Origin: the human T2T-CHM13v2.0 reference genome, Homo sapiens
Strand: one strand, 5' to 3'
Assembly (NCBI RefSeq): GCF_009914755.1
Contig: NC_060943.1
Length of the DNA: 64,000 bases
A program made the translations under genes and the position numbers. This document shows, piece after piece, positions 54,015 through 64,000 of this stretch (position 1 is its first letter; every line of letters begins with the position of its first letter). The notes beneath the pieces are model-generated. The model was not told the origin of the DNA. It saw nothing but the letters and a program-made list of their open reading frames with translations, and searched no databases.

Positions 54015-54020
54015 TTTATT
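54015..54020 (-). terminator. RTBDN poly(A) signal AATAAA
   Basis: TTTATT on the plus strand, about 200 nt past the RTBDN stop. Confidence 0.85.
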
Positions 54021-54222
54021 CAAAGGGGAGAGGGAAAAGTGAGAGAGTTGGGTCATTTCTGGGATAACCTGGAGAGGGGTGGGTCTCTGGAGCTCCAGGG
54101 AGGAGGGACAGACATCTCAAAACTATTACAGAAGGCCGAGAGGACGAGGGGTGGGGTTCTGGGTGTCCTGAGGGGCGGGGCTGGGGGAAGGGTCGCTCCC
54201 CCAACTCAGGGCCACGCGTCCG

Positions 54223-60250
<6,028 letters not shown>

Positions 60251-61070
60251 TCAAAATAAAAGACACAAAAATCTCAGGTTTCATAGAGCTGACATTCTAG
60301 GGGGAGAATCAGATGAGAAAAACATCCCTGCAGAGGGTATGGGTGTGTATGTCTATGTGTTGTGTTGGGAGAATAATTTGTCTGTTTTAGATGATAATTT
60401 GTGTGCAACTGGACATCCCTTGGTTTTGGAACTATGTGACTGTGCTTCCATTGGTTGAGTGTTTATATGTGTTGTTTGTGTGTGTTTGCATTGGATGACT
60501 GTGTGTATGTCTGTGTTTCCTAAGTATGTGTTTGTATGGCTGCAGATGTGAGTTTGTGTGTATCTGTATTTTTGGATGTTTGCGTGTGTCTGCATTTGCT
60601 GAGTATGTGTTTGTATGTGTGTTAATTTGCAGAATGTGTGGGTCTGTGTTTGTGGAGTATATGTTTGCAGAGTATGTTCGAATAAATGTTTGTGTGTCTG
60701 TGTTTACTGAATATGTGACTGTGAGTGTTCGTGTGCCTCTCATCTCAGGGCAAGAGAGGCTTTTGTCTCTCTTTTATTGCTGTATTCCCTCCCAGATCCC
60801 AAAACACTACGTTGCACACAGTAGGTACTCAATATGTGGTAAGTGAACAAATCAGTAGATACCGTCTCTGGGTCCCTCTGTGTACACCCAGTGATGTTCT
60901 GGAGGCCTCAGTAAGCAAGACCTGCCGGACCTAGCTTTCCCCTGGTCCATCTTGAGGTGGTCCAGGATGCTTGTGGGTCAGATTTGTTCAGCCTCTGGGC
61001 TATGCCTCACGCCAGAGCCTCCGCACCCTTTCTCCTTCCCTAATCTCAGCCCCCGACCCTGCGCTTGGAT

Positions 61071-61119
61071 TTCAGCACCGCGGACAGGAGCGCGCGAGAC
61101 CAGCACCAAGGAGAGCTCC
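61071..61119 (+). promoter_or_regulatory. Tandem REST/NRSF RE1 sites
   Basis: TTCAGCACCGCGGACAGGAGC (61071-61091) and ACCAGCACCAAGGAGAGCTCC (61099-61119), compared with the consensus TTCAGCACCACGGACAGCGCC. Confidence 0.85.
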
Positions 61120-62199
61120 CGCGGTCGCCATCGTGAGATAGGTCGCCAGGGGCGGAGTCCGGGCCATGGACGGAGAGATGTGCCAGCAAGGGACTCAGCG
61201 AGACGGCGACACAAATGTGCCGACAAACATATACAGAGACAGACAGAGATAACCCAGGCAAAGGCGCGGACTTGAGGCGACAAGCTCCTGGTGAATACCC
61301 GGACCCAGCCTCGCCGTCGCCCCCGTCGTCCAGCAGGGGTCGCTCTTACCCAGCGACCGCGCCCTCCGGGACCTTGGGGCCAGATACTGGCCACCACCCC
61401 TTGGGAAGCCCTTCTGTCCCCCAGTGCCAAGACTGGGAGTTCGGAGGGCTCGGACACTCTCCTCTCCAACTTTGGGAAGCATGGTGGGTTTGGCCTCACC
61501 TGTGTGAACATGGAGGAGCGGCGAGGGAGCTGAAAAGCGCTTTAACTGCCCCCCTCTCCAACTACCAGCTAATCGCTCCTATAAATACAGACGGCCTGGC
61601 CTGGCTCCTTAATCCTGACCGTGAGGGAGGGGTCGCTAGAGGGGCTGCAGGGTTCCCTGAGGAGGCTCTGATTGTGGGGCAGGTGGGTGGGGGGGCATAA
61701 TATGTATGCACATGTTTTTCTGAGGTTGCGTCTCCTGTGAAGACGGGTCTCCTCAGTGAAAATGTTTCTCTGTAAGCATGAGATCTCTCCTGGGGCTGTA
61801 GAGGTCTCGTGGGTGGGGACAGTTTCCCACAGAGGATATGGCTTTTAGGGGTCTCTGGGGGTATCCTTTACACGGGAATTGTTACTCCTGGGATCTTTCT
61901 CTTCGGGGAATGCCTCTTTCGTGGGGAGGGGGATGGCTTTTGAGAGGAAAGTCACCTCTCAGGGACCATATCTATTAGGAATGATTTTCAGGGTTGGGGG
62001 AGTTCTTGATTGGACAGGGCGTCCCTGTGGAAACTATCTCCCCCTGGGAATGTGTCTCACCAAGGGGGTCTCTGGGGGATGAATGTAGAGGGAATGTATC
62101 TCAGGGAGAAGGCTTCCTTTGGGGTGTTTCTTGACTGAGGGTTCTACCCCTGAGAATATCTCTCCTCTGGGGTGTCTCTTTTTATAGTGGTCTCTCGGC

Positions 62200-62484
62200 A
62201 GCTTGGCTCCCATGGGGGCACCAGGAGGCTCCGCCCCCCCGCCCGCCCCTTCCCCCCGCCAGCGCGGGCAGCGGTGGCTGAGCCCGGGCTCGGGCGCCCA
62301 GACGCAGTGACGGCGCCGGGCCCGCCCCACTTCGCTCCGCCCCCGCCCCCGCCACCCCTCCCCTCAGCCGCCGCCGCCGCCGCCGCCGCGGTCCCCGCGG
62401 CTTCTCACTCCCTCCCTCCTCCCTCCTCCCGCCGCCGCTACCTCCCTCCTCCCTCCCCGGGCCGAAGTCGCCGCCGCTGCCGCC
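62200..62484 (+). promoter_or_regulatory. CpG-island promoter/5' UTR of the upstream MAST1 first exon
   Basis: GC boxes, (GCC)7 at 62367-62387 and a perfect Kozak context GCCGCCATGG. Confidence 0.7.
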
Positions 62485-62523
62485 ATGGACGATTCGGGCC
62501 TCATCCGCCGCCGGAGGCTGCAG
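62485..62523 (+). CDS. MAST1: Alternative first coding exon of microtubule-associated Ser/Thr kinase 1 (MDDSGLIRRRRLQ); the gene continues beyond the window
   Basis: Strong Kozak ATG and CAG|gtacgc donor. The peptide resembles the recalled MAST3 N-terminus MDESSLLRRRGLQ, and MAST1 is the known neighbour of RTBDN. Confidence 0.7.
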
Positions 62524-63301
62524 GTACGCGGCTGCCTGGGCCCCGGGTGGAGAGGAAGGGGTCGGCGCCCTGGGGCGGGGCTGGGCAGGAGGCGGGAGAA
62601 CTTGCACTAGGGTCAGCCGGGACGCCCCCACCCATAGGTTCGGGACGCTAACCGCGGGGAACGCTGTGGCCGCGCGTCCCGCCGCGCTGGGGACCCCGCC
62701 CCTCAGGCGCCGCCCGGCGATCCAGGGAGCTGCCGGAGGGGTGCAGCCTAGCGCTCCCCCTCGAGGATCGCCTGAGGGGCGCCTGGCCCGCCCTAGGGGG
62801 ATGGGGCTGGGGCCGAAGTCATCGCCCTGGCGCCTCGCCAGGCTAGGGGTGAGGGGGCGCAGAGCAAAGTTATTGCCCTAGGGCTCATGCCCCTCGGGGC
62901 CATCGGCGCCGCTGGAGGCGTAAACATGTTTGTGCGGCAACCTCGCCCCTCACCACCCCAGGAGCCCCCTCCCGAGGCATAGGACGCCCTGCGTCCCCCA
63001 CGCACCTGCCTGGCCATCAGGATTCTTCCTACTGCCCTAATTGGACAGGCACCTAGACAGCTTTCTCACTCTTCATTCCACCTCCTCCACTACAACATCC
63101 GCCCCCCCACCGCGATCCTCAAGTCCAGCCCAGCTTGTGGGTGGGCGGGAGCGATTTTTAGCTCCTTGCAGCCTTAGAAGATGCTGGTCTCGAGGCTGCG
63201 CAGGCGCAGGAGCCGTGCGTCCACTGCACGGAGTGGGACACTGAGGATCGCTGTGGAGTGTGGGGAAGGCGGGGACAAACTCAGGTGTCAGGAGCTCCTA
63301 C

Positions 63302-63615
63302 CTCCAAGGTGGGGAGGGATTCTGTAGCCGAGAAGCGTCCTCTGCTCGTCTTCAGCTGCGTTTCTGAGGGGTTAGTACGGAAGTTCAGGGTTAATACGGA
63401 GGTCCGGTCCCAAACATCCCAGAGGGGAAGGTGATGATATCTGTGCCCCAAGGCCCTGCCTGGGGTCTGGCCCTTCTGAGCCTCCTTGGGGCTCAGCCCC
63501 AGGCTTGGTAATCTGGAGTTTAGATAAAGCCGAGAATGGGCCCAGACTCAGGCTCCATCCCCAGCCTGAATCTTGGGAAAAGAGGATTCAAACCCTCACC
63601 TAGGGCTTCGTCCAT
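63302..63615 (-). CDS. RTBDN: Distal coding exons of the long (261-aa) retbindin isoform
   Basis: complement(63600-63615, 63302-63363) encodes MDEALETQLKTSRGRFSATESLPTLE. Spliced to the acceptor at 58522 it adds LLSQVD before MDCRV, giving 32+229=261 aa. GT-AG borders are intact. Confidence 0.85.
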
Positions 63616-64000
63616 TTCTAGACTCCCCTAATCCATCATTCCCGAGGTTGAAGGCCAAGGGGAGCTGATTGGTCAGTGCAGCAGGAAAAATGGTGATCAG
63701 ACTGCAGGAAGGACCTTCCAGGCGTCTGGGTAACGCCGGAGCCAGACATGAGTTGGAAAACTAATTTGCTTTCAGAGCCCAGATGGCCCGATCTCCGGAG
63801 CCTAGGCCTCTCTGAAGTGCTCCCACATTCTCTCCGCCTCTCGGGGGTGGGTTAGGAGAGTGGGTTCCGAGAGAAGGGAGGCAGCTGCGGCAAAGTTAGA
63901 GCAAGTACTGCAGCAGCCAGGTTGGGTCCGCGCCGTCGGGTTTCTGAGAAAAGGGAGGAAAGAGGCGGGGCCTGCACGGTGTGTCCCCGCCCTCCAGGCC

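Overview
Human genomic DNA, recognisable from hand-spliced translations as the gene-dense, Alu-rich chr19p13.13 locus. Left to right: the 5' end of HOOK2 (minus, coding exons 1-7); a ~14 kb enhancer-like, CA-rich and Alu-rich interval containing the Alu-derived hairpin MIR5684; intronless JUNB (plus) with upstream SRE and a 3' NF-kB/STAT/CRE enhancer; PRDX2 (minus, complete); the barely characterised 115-aa secreted TSR microprotein gene THSD8 (plus, head-to-head with PRDX2); RNASEH2A (plus, complete); an ~11.5 kb Alu/LTR block; RTBDN (minus, complete, several alternative first exons); and an upstream first exon of MAST1 (plus) overlapping RTBDN's distal exons antisense. Every exon chain listed was checked for GT-AG borders and reading frame. 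There is no prokaryotic-type system here, and most entries in the ORF track are Alu or GC-rich noise. The most promising under-described items are: (i) the PRDX2<>THSD8>>RNASEH2A unit, in which THSD8 has a splice donor 6 nt after its stop, no visible canonical poly(A) signal, and a first exon phase-compatible with RNASEH2A exon 2; (ii) a nest of inverted AluY copies sharing private mutations; (iii) a tandem REST/RE1 pair next to a CRX/TATA promoter at the RTBDN/MAST1 overlap; (iv) the serglycin-like Ser-Gly tail of retbindin. Gene names, isoform lengths and variant identities come from recall and were not checked against a database.
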